The translations under genes and the position numbers were made by a program. DNA of 64,000 nucleotides, taken from contig CM000153.2 in NCBI GenBank assembly GCA_000004695.1, positions 3,456,001-3,520,000 of the forward strand, written 5' to 3'. This DNA comes from Dictyostelium discoideum. Lineage: Eukaryota. The notes beneath the pieces were generated by a model. It was not told the origin of the DNA. It ran no database searches and saw nothing but the letters and a program-made list of their open reading frames with translations. Shown here piece after piece: positions 1 to 13,351 of this stretch. Positions within the stretch are counted from its first letter, which is position 1; each line of letters opens with the position of its first letter.

Positions 1-500
1 AATAATAATAAATATTTTATTTAACAATGAAAATAAGCATTTTATTACTTTGTTGAATTCAAAAATGATAAAAACTAAAAATAATTTATACCAAAAATAA
101 ACCTTGAAAAAAAAAAAAAATTAAAAATTAAAAATAAAATTAAAAAAATAAAATAAAATAATTTTCATAACTTTTTCTCGATTTTTCAAACCATTTATAA
201 AAAAAAGCCTGGTAGTATGATTTCGAAAAAATTGCGCTAGTTGTTATTATTGCAAAAAAAATAATATGAAATTAAAAGCCTTTTTTTTAATTTCCAATTA
301 AAAATGAATGAATATTCAAACAAAACTAATATTTTTTTTTTTTTTTTTTTTTTCGCAGATCGATCCTTTTCAGTCACTCTTTTTTAGATATTATCACTTT
401 GTTTTTAAAGAAAAATAAGGAATTAAAAAAAAAAAAAAAAAAAAGAAATAAAAAAAAATAAATAAAATAATATAAATTTGTTTATTTATTTTTAGTTAAT

Positions 501-1527
501 TTAAAATTGTTTTTTACTAATATTAATACTATTATCATCTTGATAAAAGAATAAATTGTCAACCTCGCCAGCTATTTGTAATTTTTCTCTTTGATAGTTA
601 CTATCAGTACCACCACTACCATCATCGATATCAGCCTCACCATTGCTAACATGTAAAAGAGATTGATTTTCATCAGCACTTGGTATATGATCCAATTGAG
701 AGAATTTTAAATCCATTCTATTTTTAGCACGTTTTTCAAGCATAGAGTCAACTGTTTTCTTTAGAGTGACCCTATAGAAAATAAACAATGTAGCTAGCAC
801 TAGGAGAACACAACCACTAACTAATAAACCAATTAAAAGCTTTTGAGAAGATGTTAAATTTTTTGGATTTTTTTTAATTTCACCATTGAAATAACATTGA
901 TCACATAGATAAATTTCATCAGTATTTGAAATATAGGTTTGAGTATCACTTGAGATATAAGAGTTTTTACCAATAATTGGATAACTTGAAAAGAGTACAC
1001 TATTAATTAAATTTACTGTTGAATTAATTAAATTTAAATCACTAAAACCTATTCCTTTATCCCTAAATTGAACATTATTAAAAGTATAAGCACCACAATT
1101 ATTTAATGAAAATAATGACATTCCACTATTATTATCATTATCACTACTACTACTATCACCATTACTGTTTGTATAATTTAAATTATTTTGAATTGAAATA
1201 TCTTGAAATGTAAAATTATTATTAAAATTATTTGAAATATTATCAGTAAATTGAATACTTATCAATGAAATAGCATTATCAGATGAGGTGGTAACATCTA
1301 AGAATTGATTGAGATTAATATTCAAATCATTAACTATTATATAATCATATTGATATAATTGTAATTGTCCATTATTTTGACTTTGATAAAATTGAATTGA
1401 TTCATTTTGGAAAATACTTAAAAAACTATTTAAATTATTATTTTGAGTTATTAAATTTGATTCAAATCTAATATTTGTATTACAATTTAATAAGAATATA
1501 AAAGGTGATATATTATTATTATTATTA

Positions 1528-1586
<59 letters not shown>

Positions 1587-2534
1587 GTTGCTTGTTGTAT
1601 CATAGAAATCATTATATTTAATTGTCGATGAAAACATTCTTATTCCACCATTTTCAATACTAATGAATGAATTATTTGAAAATTTAGAATTTTTAATAGT
1701 ACTTGTTAAAATTTGAAGTTTTGAATTTATAATTTTAAATGTTGGTAATAAAGTTGGATTTGTATTATTAAAAGTACATGATACAATTATAATTGAATTT
1801 AATGTTAATTTATTATTATTACTATTATTATTATTATTATTAGCTGTATTATTATTAATTGATATTGAATTTACTATTACACCATTAATCTGATAAAAAT
1901 TTGAATTATAAATATGAAATAATGATAATGTTGAAGCATTGGTTTGAATATCAAATATTGTTGTGTTATTATTAAATTGTGTGAATGTGAAATTACTAAT
2001 TCTTATATCCATATATTTTAATTGATATTGATTAGTTTGTTTAATTGTTAAAAATGGTAAATTTATATTATTATTTTCACTATTGATTATTATATTGTTA
2101 TTATTATTATTGGTGTTATTAATATAATTGTTTATATATATTGACGAAAATCCAAATAAATTACCCAAAACTGATGTTGAATCATTATTGGTTATATTAT
2201 AAAATGGATTTGTTAATTGGATTATTAATTGAGTAGAACTTGTAAAATTATTTAAAAGGAATGATCTTGCTCTATCACCTGCATCCCCTAGTTTAATACA
2301 TGGTGGTTCATTATTATCTATATTACCACATTTACTATTATTATATTTTATAGGACTATTACTATTTACAAATAATGTTAGTGTTGGTGGTAATATTGGT
2401 GTTGGTGTGGTTGTTGTTGTTGTAGGTGAAGGTAGTTGTGTGGATAATAATAATAATGATGATGTTGATGATGATGATGATGATGATGTTTGTATTAATA
2501 AATTAATTAAAAGAAATAAATAAATATTTATCAT
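501..2534 (-). CDS. L-family type-I membrane glycoprotein (divergent member), 677 aa
   Basis: This is an intact ORF. It has a hydrophobic N-terminal signal (MINIYLFLLINLLIQ) and a Thr/Pro stretch. It carries the L-family Cys motif K-C-G-N...PPCIKLGDAGDRA and LGNLFGF, plus long poly-Asn tracts and many NxS/T sites. The C-terminus has one TM helix (LLIGLLVSGCVLLVLATLFIF) and then a charged tail. It appears to be a single exon. Confidence 0.6.
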
Positions 2535-2595
2535 TATTTTATTTTATATTTTATCACCACAACTAATTCAAAATAAATAAAAATAAAAAAAAAAT

Positions 2596-2700
2596 TTATC
2601 CAAAATATTAGTGATGTAACCGGTAGTCATAAACAAAAAAAAAAAAAAAAAAAAAGTTATCCAAAATATTAGTGATGTAACCGGTAGTCATAAACAAAAA
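2596..2700. repeat. Two tandem copies of a 61-bp unit (ttatccaaaatattagtgatgtaaccggtagtcataaac + A-run)
   Basis: The two units show an exact 38-bp match at 2596..2633 and 2657..2694. They lie in the divergent intergenic region between genes 501..2534 (-) and 3087..4253 (+). The GC-containing core gtgatgtaaccggtagtcat stands out in poly-A/T background. Confidence 0.8.
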
Positions 2701-2726
2701 AAAAAAAAAAAAATTTCTAAATTATT

Positions 2727-2760
<34 letters not shown>

Positions 2761-2862
2761 AAACAAAATTTTATTTTAAATTTAATTATTTAATCTAATC
2801 TGGTTCACATTAAAAATAAAATTAAAAAAAAATTAACAAAAGAAAATCAACAAATAAATATT

Positions 2863-2951
<89 letters not shown>

Positions 2952-3086
2952 TTTTTTTTTTTTTTTTTTTTTTTGAAAATTTAAATTTTATGAGAGAAAA
3001 TAATTTTTTACCCTTTTTTTTTTAAATATTTATATGATTTTTTTTTTTTTACGCATCCAAATTTTTTTTTTTTTTTTTAAAAAAAA

Positions 3087-4253
3087 ATGTTCCCAGGACA
3101 AGAAAGAAGAGAAATTGAAATATGTGTTGCAAAAGTTGGAGAACTTTATTCATTTTTGGGGGTTTCAAAAACATCAACAACAAAAGAGATAACATTTGAG
3201 TTTTTAAGAATTAAAAATAAATTGGGTATTGAGGGGGATGAAATTAATAATTTGGAAATGGATAAATTAAAAAAAAATTATTATGAACCATCGTTATTAT
3301 CATACAATATTTTAACAAATCCAATAGCCAGATCAATGTATGATAATGAATATTATGAAATTGCATTATTATTAAGTGAAATTAATAATAATAATAAAAA
3401 AAAAAAAAAAAAAATTTTCATTTATCAATTACTATCAAACACACTTGATTTAATATTAGTTAATATGAGTAAAAAAGGAAATCAATCAATTTTAAAAATG
3501 GCTGAAATGATTTATGAAAGAAATGGTCCAACTTCATTCTTTATTGGTGGTGCATATAACCTATGTGGTGCTATAATTCATTCGAAATTAATCTGTAATC
3601 CAATCAATGCAATCATTTTAATGTTAGTTGGCGAGGAAAGTGAAAAAATAATGATAAACTCTGATGGTATATTAAGTGCAATAACATATTATCCAATTAG
3701 ATTTATTATTGATTGTCTTTTCTTATCACCTTTTACAACTTCACCAATTAAAGTTATAAATGATATAATACTAGGTAGAGATGGTAGTGCCGTTGGTGAT
3801 AGTGAAAGTTCAAATTTATTTTATTCATTTACTTCAAGTATTTCAATATTATTACTCAAAAAATTAATTGATATTTCAATTATTAAAATTGATAAAATAA
3901 TATTAGAGAATGTTAAAAAAAACAACAACAACAACAGTAATGAATCAAAATTTTGGAAATATTGTGAAATTATTTATTGTAATTCAATTACTCAAGGTAT
4001 ATTAAGGGCATCTTTATTACATCCACTACAAATCATTCGTTTACAATATCCATACGAATTTGTTGAATCTTATTTACAAGGCACTCCAATTCCAGAAGTA
4101 ATCGGTCCAATTTCAATGGCTATTAAAGTTTATAATCAACAAGGTTTTTCAAAATTCTTTAATGGTTTCTCACTTGCAATTCCATTTTATATTATTCGAT
4201 CTATTTCAACTAGAATTTCTCCTCCAAGAAATTTAAATCTTTATTCTGATTAA
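3087..4253 (+). CDS. C-family protein: degenerate J-like N-terminus (no HPD) plus carrier-like C-terminal motif, 388 aa
   Basis: The ORF starts at an ATG directly after an A-run. Residues 19-46 (ELYSFLGVSKTSTTKEITFEFLRIKNKL) resemble helices I-II of a DnaJ domain, but the HPD tripeptide is absent. The C-terminal region has HPLQIIRLQ and GFSKFFNGFSLAIPFYIIR. These resemble the P-x-D-x-x-K-x-R-x-Q and G-x-x-G-[LF]-[YF]-x-G motifs of mitochondrial carrier repeats. It is a paralog of 7966..9387. Function is unassigned. Confidence 0.5.
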   Translation: MFPGQERREIEICVAKVGELYSFLGVSKTSTTKEITFEFLRIKNKLGIEGDEINNLEMDKLKKNYYEPSLLSYNILTNPIARSMYDNEYYEIALLLSEINNNNKKKKKKIFIYQLLSNTLDLILVNMSKKGNQSILKMAEMIYERNGPTSFFIGGAYNLCGAIIHSKLICNPINAIILMLVGEESEKIMINSDGILSAITYYPIRFIIDCLFLSPFTTSPIKVINDIILGRDGSAVGDSESSNLFYSFTSSISILLLKKLIDISIIKIDKIILENVKKNNNNNSNESKFWKYCEIIYCNSITQGILRASLLHPLQIIRLQYPYEFVESYLQGTPIPEVIGPISMAIKVYNQQGFSKFFNGFSLAIPFYIIRSISTRISPPRNLNLYSD

Positions 4254-4735
4254 GAATCTAGATTTATTTTTATAAAAAAAAAAAAATTAAAAAAAAAAAA
4301 TGAAAAAAAAAAAAAAAAAAAAAAAAATGAAAAAAAAGGATTTAATTTGTACTAAAAATTCTAAATTAAAATAAATAAAATTTCAAATTACTTGAAAATT
4401 TAATAAACATCTCAGTGCATGTAACCCTAACTTTCTGTTTCTGGCGAATTGTTTAATTGATTTCTTTTAAATAAATATTTATTTTAATATGAAACCAAAT
4501 GATATTTTTTGATTTTTTGATTTTTTTTTTTTATGATTTAAAAAAAAAAAATTGAGAAAAAACCTTTGACCAAAAATTAATATATAATTTATTTAATTTA
4601 AAGAATACAAACCTCATTTTTTTTATAAAAATAAATAAATAAATAAATAAATAAAGCTATACAACTCCTTTTTTAATTTTTGATTACTAAATTTTTATTT
4701 TATTTTTATTTAAATTAATTAATAATAATAATTTT

Positions 4736-4780
<45 letters not shown>

Positions 4781-4887
4781 CTTTTTAAGAGTTGGTTATA
4801 ATTTTTAACTCCTAATTTTTAATGAAATGAATAATATATAATTTATTATTATTATTAATTGGTAAAAACCATTTGTAAAATTATTAT

Positions 4888-6448
<1,561 letters not shown>

Positions 6449-6608
6449 TTTTATTTTTTTTTTTTTTTTTTTTTTTTTCTAAATCTAATTTATTTATTAA
6501 TTTTATAAAAATAATTTATTTGTTTTATTAATTTTGATTTCAATGACAATAATAATTTTTTAAAATTTTTTTTGGCTTTTATAGAAAAAAAATATATATT
6601 ATAATAAT

Positions 6609-6639
<31 letters not shown>

Positions 6640-7157
6640 TATGATATTTATTTTCGTCTTTCTTGTTTATCAGAGATTATACTGCAATATTTTTTTTTTA
6701 TAATTTGGTTTCAGAAAAATTTTAATTCGGTTGAAGGTTTTTTTAAAATATTAACTCCATTAGTTTTTTTTTATTTTTTTTTTATCATAATTTTATTAAT
6801 ATTTGAAAAAAAAAGACATCCTTTTTGTTCGAGAAATCCTTAACTATCAAAGACTAATTATCAGTTCATTGTAATTAAAAAAAAAAAAAAAATACGAAAA
6901 TGAAAAGGAACCCACCCAAAAAGCGGATAATATATTTTCCACTTTTTTTTTCGACACACTAGACTTAGATTTTTATTTTTTTTATTTTTTTTTTTTTATT
7001 TTTTTTTTTTTTGTTTATTTAATTGAATTAAAATATTATTTTACGTAACCGTTTTTTTTTAATCATGATTGCATTTCTTTTTTTTTTTTTAATAATTATT
7101 TTTATTATTTTTATTATTTTTTTTTTTTTTTTTTTTTTCTGTTAAAAAATTTTTATT

Positions 7158-7193
<36 letters not shown>

Positions 7194-7331
7194 ATTACAT
7201 GCAGAATTTTGTGGAATTTTTATTATAATTTTTTTCATGTATTTTGTGGGTCTGTGTTTGAATTAAAAACCATTTTTGGAACTTTTTATTAATAAATAAA
7301 ACGCAATTAATTTTCTATTAAAAAAAGATAT

Positions 7332-7370
<39 letters not shown>

Positions 7371-7573
7371 ATTTTTAATGATAATAATCCCCATCATAAT
7401 TTAATTATTAAAAATTCATAATGGAAAGAGATTTCGCAATTATTACCAACTTTGGGGAATATTTTTAGCCTAAAAATCAAGGTAGGTGTTTTTTTTTATA
7501 AATAACATTCTCCTTATTTTTAAATTTATCTGTTACAAGCATTTAATATTTTTTTTTTTTTTATTCGAAATCT

Positions 7574-7606
<33 letters not shown>

Positions 7607-7965
7607 TTTATTAAAATCATCCCGATTTTAATTCGATATCCGATTTCATAAAATTTTATTAAAAATATGTCATCATAAAAAAAAAAAAAAAAAAAATTTT
7701 ATAAATAATATATTTTATTAATTCATTATTAAATATTAATAATAATTCAAATAACTAAATTTCCAATTCAACTTTTGGAAAGTGAATTTTCATTTTTATT
7801 TGTTTGAAAACACTTTCCAAAAGTTGACTAAAAAAAAAAATAAAAAAAAAATAAAAAAAATAAAAAAAAAAATAAAAAAAAATAAAAAAAAAAATTTTGA
7901 TTCACCATTTTTTTTTTTTTTTTTTTATATATTTTATTCAATTTGTTGTTATTTTGGGTTTTAAA

Positions 7966-8032
7966 ATGAAAAAAAAGGTATTATTACACACTCAAGTCGA
8001 ACTTGATGAATTAAAAGAATATATGCTATCAG
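7966..8032 (+). CDS. C-family paralog, exon 1 (MKKKVLLHTQVELDELKEYMLS + 1 nt)
   Basis: The ATG is at 7966. The exon ends with a GTAAAT donor at 8033. The 84-nt AT-rich intron ends in AG at 8115-8116. Phase-1 junction keeps the downstream ORF in frame. Confidence 0.5.
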
Positions 8033-8116
8033 GTAAATATTTTTTTTTTTCTTTTTTTTTTCTTTTTTTTCCATTTCAATTAATTTAAATTGATTATTTA
8101 AAAAATATTACACCAG

Positions 8117-9387
8117 GTGATCCCTATGGAAATTTAAATTTAAATAAGAATGAAACAACTAAAGATCCAAGATTGATTGAAAAAAGTTATAAAGTTTTGA
8201 TTAGAAAACATAAAATAGCAATGAGCGAAAAAAGAAAACAAGAGACCAAACCAAATAAAGATGAACTTGAAAGAGACGAAGAACATTTTATAAAATTAAC
8301 AAATTCATATAAACTCTTATCAAATCGTAGAATGAAAGAATTATATGATCATTATTACTATGAAAAAATGGTAAAAATAAATAAAAGTAATGAAAAAAAT
8401 GAAAGTAATCCTTCATTTTCAAAAAGTTTATCTTCAACCTCAACTTCAGCATCAACATCAACAACAACATCACAAACATCACAAACATCAAGGTCACACA
8501 CATTATTATTATTAAAAGATTTATCACATTTATTAATGAATATTACATATTATCCAATTAGAGAATATTGTTATTTCATTCAAAGTTCAGTTAATATTAA
8601 TGGAGGATTCGATGAAAATGTATTTAATTTTAAAGAGTTACCAAAATATGGATTAGGAAAACTTTATAGAGGAATATTATTATCATCAATTGGTTTAAAT
8701 CAACTCAATGCTTTTAGAAGTATTATATTGAGCAAAGTTGCTGGTGGTTTATTGCAATTAAAACCTCACTCTTTGGTTGGTAGAATTTTAAGGTTTGCCT
8801 CCAAGTTTGCTGTTCTTATTCCATTTTGTTTGGTTGTTGACGTTTATGTTTTGGCACCAACCGAGTATTCTTTAATTAAAGTAATTAGAGATTGTATTCT
8901 AAAGAGAGGTGGTGACGGTATCAAATTTAGTAATTTATATTACTCTTTGTTCCCATCACTATCAATATTGGTTTCCAAGAAATTAATTAGAGGATCCGTT
9001 GAATTTTTAAAAGAAAGAATTAGTAAAAAATATGAAAATAATAAAGAAAGTAAGAAATTGGCCATATTGAATTCACTATTTTCAAATGTTGGTCTATTAT
9101 CAAGTTTCCTGTGTTGCCCTTTACAAGTGATTTATATTCAATATCCAAAGTTAATCATTAATTCTTATTTAGAAAATAATATTAGTTCAATACCATCACC
9201 TACTTTAAATCCAATCTCAATTGCAATTGAAATTTATAAAAATAACAATAACTCATTAAGTAAATTCTTTTGTGGTTTAGTTCCATATATATTATCAAAT
9301 GTTTATTTACATTATATTACCTCGGCCGCTATCATTAATACTAATAATAAAAAGTCAACTTATGATTATTTTGATATTTTTTCTTAA
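8117..9387 (+). CDS. C-family paralog, exon 2 (J-like segment DPYGNLNLNK...YKVLIRKHKIAM, carrier-like C-terminus)
   Basis: The long ORF (track 8173..9387) extends upstream in frame to the acceptor at 8117. Shared blocks with 3087..4253 are ITYYPIR, IKVI.D.IL.R.G, PLQ[IV]I.[LI]QYP, PIS[MI]AI[KE][VI]Y and SKFF.G. The protein has Ser/Thr-rich and poly-K low-complexity inserts. Confidence 0.55.
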
Positions 9388-9391
9388 GAAG

Positions 9392-9422
<31 letters not shown>

Positions 9423-9605
9423 TTTTGATTTTTAATTTATTTCATTTTTTATTTATTAAATTTTTTGATGTATCGAAAACTCCTAAAAATAAAATAAAAA
9501 AAAAAAAAAATAAAAAAAAACAAAAAAAAAACAAAAAAAATTTTGAATTTATATAATTATTATTTCTTCTAAAAAAAAAAAAATAAAAAAAAAAATAATA
9601 AATAA

Positions 9606-9636
<31 letters not shown>

Positions 9637-9799
9637 ATATAAGTATTATTTTACATCGTTGCGGCACAATTATAAATATAATTAAAATTTTAGAGTATTA
9701 GAAACTCCTAAAATAAAAAAAATAAAAATAAATAAAATTTATAAAAAAAATAAAAATAAATAAAATTTTATTTACTTAATCTTTTTTTTTCGAACATTG

Positions 9800-9831
<32 letters not shown>

Positions 9832-10392
9832 TGTTGTGTCTCATTAATTATTAATAGAAACTTTAAAATATCTTTTTAACACAAAAATTTGGGGGAAATA
9901 AAAATCTAAATCTGTGATTAATTTAATTTCATTTTTATTTTTTTTTTTTTTTTATTTTTTTTCTTTTTTTTTTTTTTTTTTTTTTTTTTTGTAAAAACAA
10001 ACCATTTTTTTTTTTTTTTTTTTTTTTAACCATTTACCATTAACCAAAAAAAATAACTTTAGAAAAGTCGCAAATGACCAGAATTTAAAAATAAAAAATT
10101 AAAAAAAAATTTAAAAATAAAAATAAAAAAAAAATATAAAAAAATAAAAAAAAATAAAAAAAAATAGAAAACTGTCAGACGATAAAAATATTTTTTTTTT
10201 TCAAAACACACTTTCCGAGGAGACACCACCCAATCAATAATTTTTTATTTTTTTTTTTTTTTCGTTTTCTTTTTTTTTTTCTTTTTTTTTTTTTTTCTTT
10301 GTTCTTTTTCTTTTTTTTTTTAAAAACAAAAAAAAAAAAAAAAAACTTAAAATTCTTTTAAAAGAGAGGAGAATAAATAAAATTTTCAAACT

Positions 10393-12270
10393 GTGATGAA
10401 TAAAAATTTTTTATTTACATTATTTTTAGTGTTTGTAAATGTAATTTTTGTTGCATCACAAAGAGTCAATATTTCAGTTGATTACAGTATTAATAAAGGA
10501 TATAGCAATTCACAATGTGGTGTTGATACAGAACCAGCCTGTACGTCATTAGAAGATGCAGGAAATAGAGCAATTTTGGAATCTGTAGAGAATAATGCAA
10601 CCCCAATTTTAATTTATATCCTCAGTAATATTAATGGATCAGCGCCTGCTTCTCTTGGTAATTTGTATTCAGTTTGTGCATTTATTCAAATTCTATCACC
10701 AAATGCAAGCAATCCATTCACAATTGATGGATCAAATACAGATCAACCATTTTTAACAATTGAAGAACCAAGTGAACAACAAACAACATCATCAACATCA
10801 TCATCATCATCATCATCACCAACATGTTTAATTCAAAGAAAAATTTATATATCAAATTTAAAATTTACAAATTGGAAACAAACCCTTATTAAAATCCATA
10901 TAAATCAAGAAACAAAAGAAACACCAACTGACCAATCAAAGAGTATTATATTACAAGTTTTCAGAACAGAGGTATCTTATTCAAGTAGTATTTTATTAAT
11001 TTATCCAAAGAATCAAAATGAATATTATAATTATAATTCAATAGCGATTTTGGCTATGATTACAGCTAAATATATGACCTCTTCACCAAACTTACTCGCT
11101 CCAAATTCTATTGATGAATTATTACCACCTTTATATATCGTCGGTGCTGCGGTTCAAGATCAAATTTATCTTGAAAATAGTAATATCTCATTAACTCCAT
11201 TTTTCTACATTGAAAAGTGCCTTTGGAAAGGTGGTATCAGAAACATCTCTAATAATATCTTTTCTTGTAACCCTTATATGTTCTTTGTTAAAAGTCATAT
11301 GTTCAGTATAGGTATGATTTCATTTTTTAACAATGAAGTTATGACCTATATTTATATTTTAGAACAACAAGCCGATTTTGTAGCTATCACACCAGTAGCA
11401 GATTTAGCCAATATTTCAACGCCAACCTATTGTCATAAAAACAAATATTTAAACCATCAATACTATAACTCATTTACTGTATTTATAAGAGGAAATTCAA
11501 CTTTTTCTGATCTTTATTTTAATATGCTCAGCTACTATAAATCAAATATTGATTTTTTTTATGCCCAAGATTCAAATATCAATTTTGAATTTGCTGCTAC
11601 TTATCCACCAAATCGCGGATATGCGAATCTATTCAAAATTATCAATTGCACCCTCAGAATTTATAATGTAGATATGTCCGTCTATCAATTCCCAATTGTT
11701 GGCTCAAATTCGTCTGTATACCTTGATAGCTATTATTTAAATAACACTCTCATTTTCAAAAATGAAACCTTTTGTAATTGTAGTGATTGTTTATATTATG
11801 AATATTTAAATTCAAATATCAAAAGAATTGATACTTCTTTTAGATATTCCTTATGCAACCCTAAACTTACTCCAACTCCATCAACTACCACTACTCCAAC
11901 ACCTTCAACAACTACAACTTCAACATCTACAACTATTACAGATCCAACAGCAACAACTACCACTACAACCACTTTAATTCCAACTTCAACAACTTCAACA
12001 ACTACATCAACAACTTCAACAACAACTACAACAACAACGACAATAATAACAACAACAGCTGCAACAACGATGACTGCAACAACAGCTGCAACAACGACAA
12101 CTTCAATTCCAACTACCTCAATAACCACTTCAGACATAACCACATCTCCCATACAAACAGGTTCACATTCAACTTCAAGTGCAGAAAAAATATCAATGGC
12201 CGAGCCAACTTCAAAAAGAACCTCAATAATGGTATTGTTTATTGTGGTAATAGTGTTTATTTTCATGTAA
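10393..12270 (+). CDS. L-family glycoprotein with Thr/Pro mucin-like stalk and C-terminal hydrophobic end (GPI-anchor-like), 625 aa
   Basis: It has a signal peptide. Motifs are SQCGVDTEPACTSLEDAGNRA, LGNLYSVCAF, FTNWKQT, YPKN, LPPLYIVGA and C-N-C-S-D-C-L-Y-Y. The stalk is about 100 aa rich in T/S/P (ACA/ACT repeats). The protein ends with IMVLFIVVIVFIFM followed directly by stop, with no cytoplasmic tail. Confidence 0.7.
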   Translation: MMNKNFLFTLFLVFVNVIFVASQRVNISVDYSINKGYSNSQCGVDTEPACTSLEDAGNRAILESVENNATPILIYILSNINGSAPASLGNLYSVCAFIQILSPNASNPFTIDGSNTDQPFLTIEEPSEQQTTSSTSSSSSSSPTCLIQRKIYISNLKFTNWKQTLIKIHINQETKETPTDQSKSIILQVFRTEVSYSSSILLIYPKNQNEYYNYNSIAILAMITAKYMTSSPNLLAPNSIDELLPPLYIVGAAVQDQIYLENSNISLTPFFYIEKCLWKGGIRNISNNIFSCNPYMFFVKSHMFSIGMISFFNNEVMTYIYILEQQADFVAITPVADLANISTPTYCHKNKYLNHQYYNSFTVFIRGNSTFSDLYFNMLSYYKSNIDFFYAQDSNINFEFAATYPPNRGYANLFKIINCTLRIYNVDMSVYQFPIVGSNSSVYLDSYYLNNTLIFKNETFCNCSDCLYYEYLNSNIKRIDTSFRYSLCNPKLTPTPSTTTTPTPSTTTTSTSTTITDPTATTTTTTTLIPTSTTSTTTSTTSTTTTTTTTIITTTAATTMTATTAATTTTSIPTTSITTSDITTSPIQTGSHSTSSAEKISMAEPTSKRTSIMVLFIVVIVFIFM

Positions 12271-12382
12271 AACAAAATCTTTCCATTATTTATATTTTTA
12301 TATTCTAATAAAATTTATGCGCAAAATTTTTTTTTTTTTTTTTAAGTAAATATTATTTAAAACATTCAGCGAAAAGGGTTTT

Positions 12383-12417
<35 letters not shown>

Positions 12418-12438
12418 TAATTAAAATTAAAAACAATA

Positions 12439-12480
<42 letters not shown>

Positions 12481-13351
12481 GTAACAAGCCTTGTTAACAA
12501 CAAATCGAAAGTTTTATAATAAAAAAAACTTTTAATAATAATTGATGGTTTTAATAAAATTAAAAAAAAAAAAAAAAAAAAAAAAGATGAAAATAAAACA
12601 AGTATATTTGCGTACTTATACATATTTTTGAGAAATTGCGAAATCTCAAATTTGAGTCCACTTTTATTTAAAATACAAAAAAAAAAAAAATAATTCTTCG
12701 AAATCAGCTGTTTAGGAGGTTTGATCTTTTTTTTATTTTTTGTTTTTATTTTTTTTTATTTTTTGAAATTTTAACAATAAACCTCGGAGCCCCTATGAAA
12801 CATATGTATTGTTTTTTATTTTTTTAAAAAAAGAATTCAGAGAATTTTAATTTAATGGGACATTGGTAATATATATATCAACCAATCTTGACAATGATTT
12901 TAAAAAAAGTTCGCATATTGGGGAATTCGCAATTTTTAAAAAAAAAAAAAAAAAAAAACTTAATAATTTGATTAAAAAAAAAAAACAATACATTTCGTTT
13001 GGTTCTTTGAAAGTTTAATTAATTTTTAAAAAATGAACAGCAATTCACAAATGAGAAAATCGTGTTTGTATAATTTTACAAAAATTACTCTGATGGCAAT
13101 AAAATACTAAAATAAACATAATTTCTTGTAATTTCAATGCAATTATCCACTTTTTCCTAATTTTTTAATTTTTTTTTTTTTAAAAAAATAAAAAAAACAA
13201 TACTATTTAAGCAATAAATAATTTTTTTTTTTTTTTCATTCTTATCATCTTTAAAAACAATTACTTATAAACTAAATAATATCATTTAATTCTTTCTTCC
13301 TTTCTTTTTATATATATAACAAAAAAAAAAAAAAAAATTCTAAACCATAAA

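Noticed and set aside
3000-3087. Searched for an upstream exon of the 3087 C gene analogous to exon 1 of its paralog
   Set aside because: Only homopolymer A/T lies upstream. The ATG at 3087 begins a J-like segment directly, so I modelled it as a single exon.
7782-8088. Short ORFs made of poly-K/poly-F (also 9299..9556, 14182..14379, 15025..15222, 21829..22038, 25985..26200, 29259..29558, 36465..36668, 39538..39828, 45486..45674, 62912..63436, 63799..63996)
   Set aside because: These are translations of intergenic A/T homopolymers with no coding signal. The one exception is the MKKKVLLHTQVELDELKEYMLS segment inside 7897..8088, which I used as exon 1 of the C-family gene.
11796-12275. 159-aa antisense ORF rich in V/E/A
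   Set aside because: It is the reverse complement of the Thr/Pro-encoding (ACA/ACT)n stalk repeats of gene 10393..12270. It is a low-complexity artefact. The same applies to 36840..37142 and 37867..38181.
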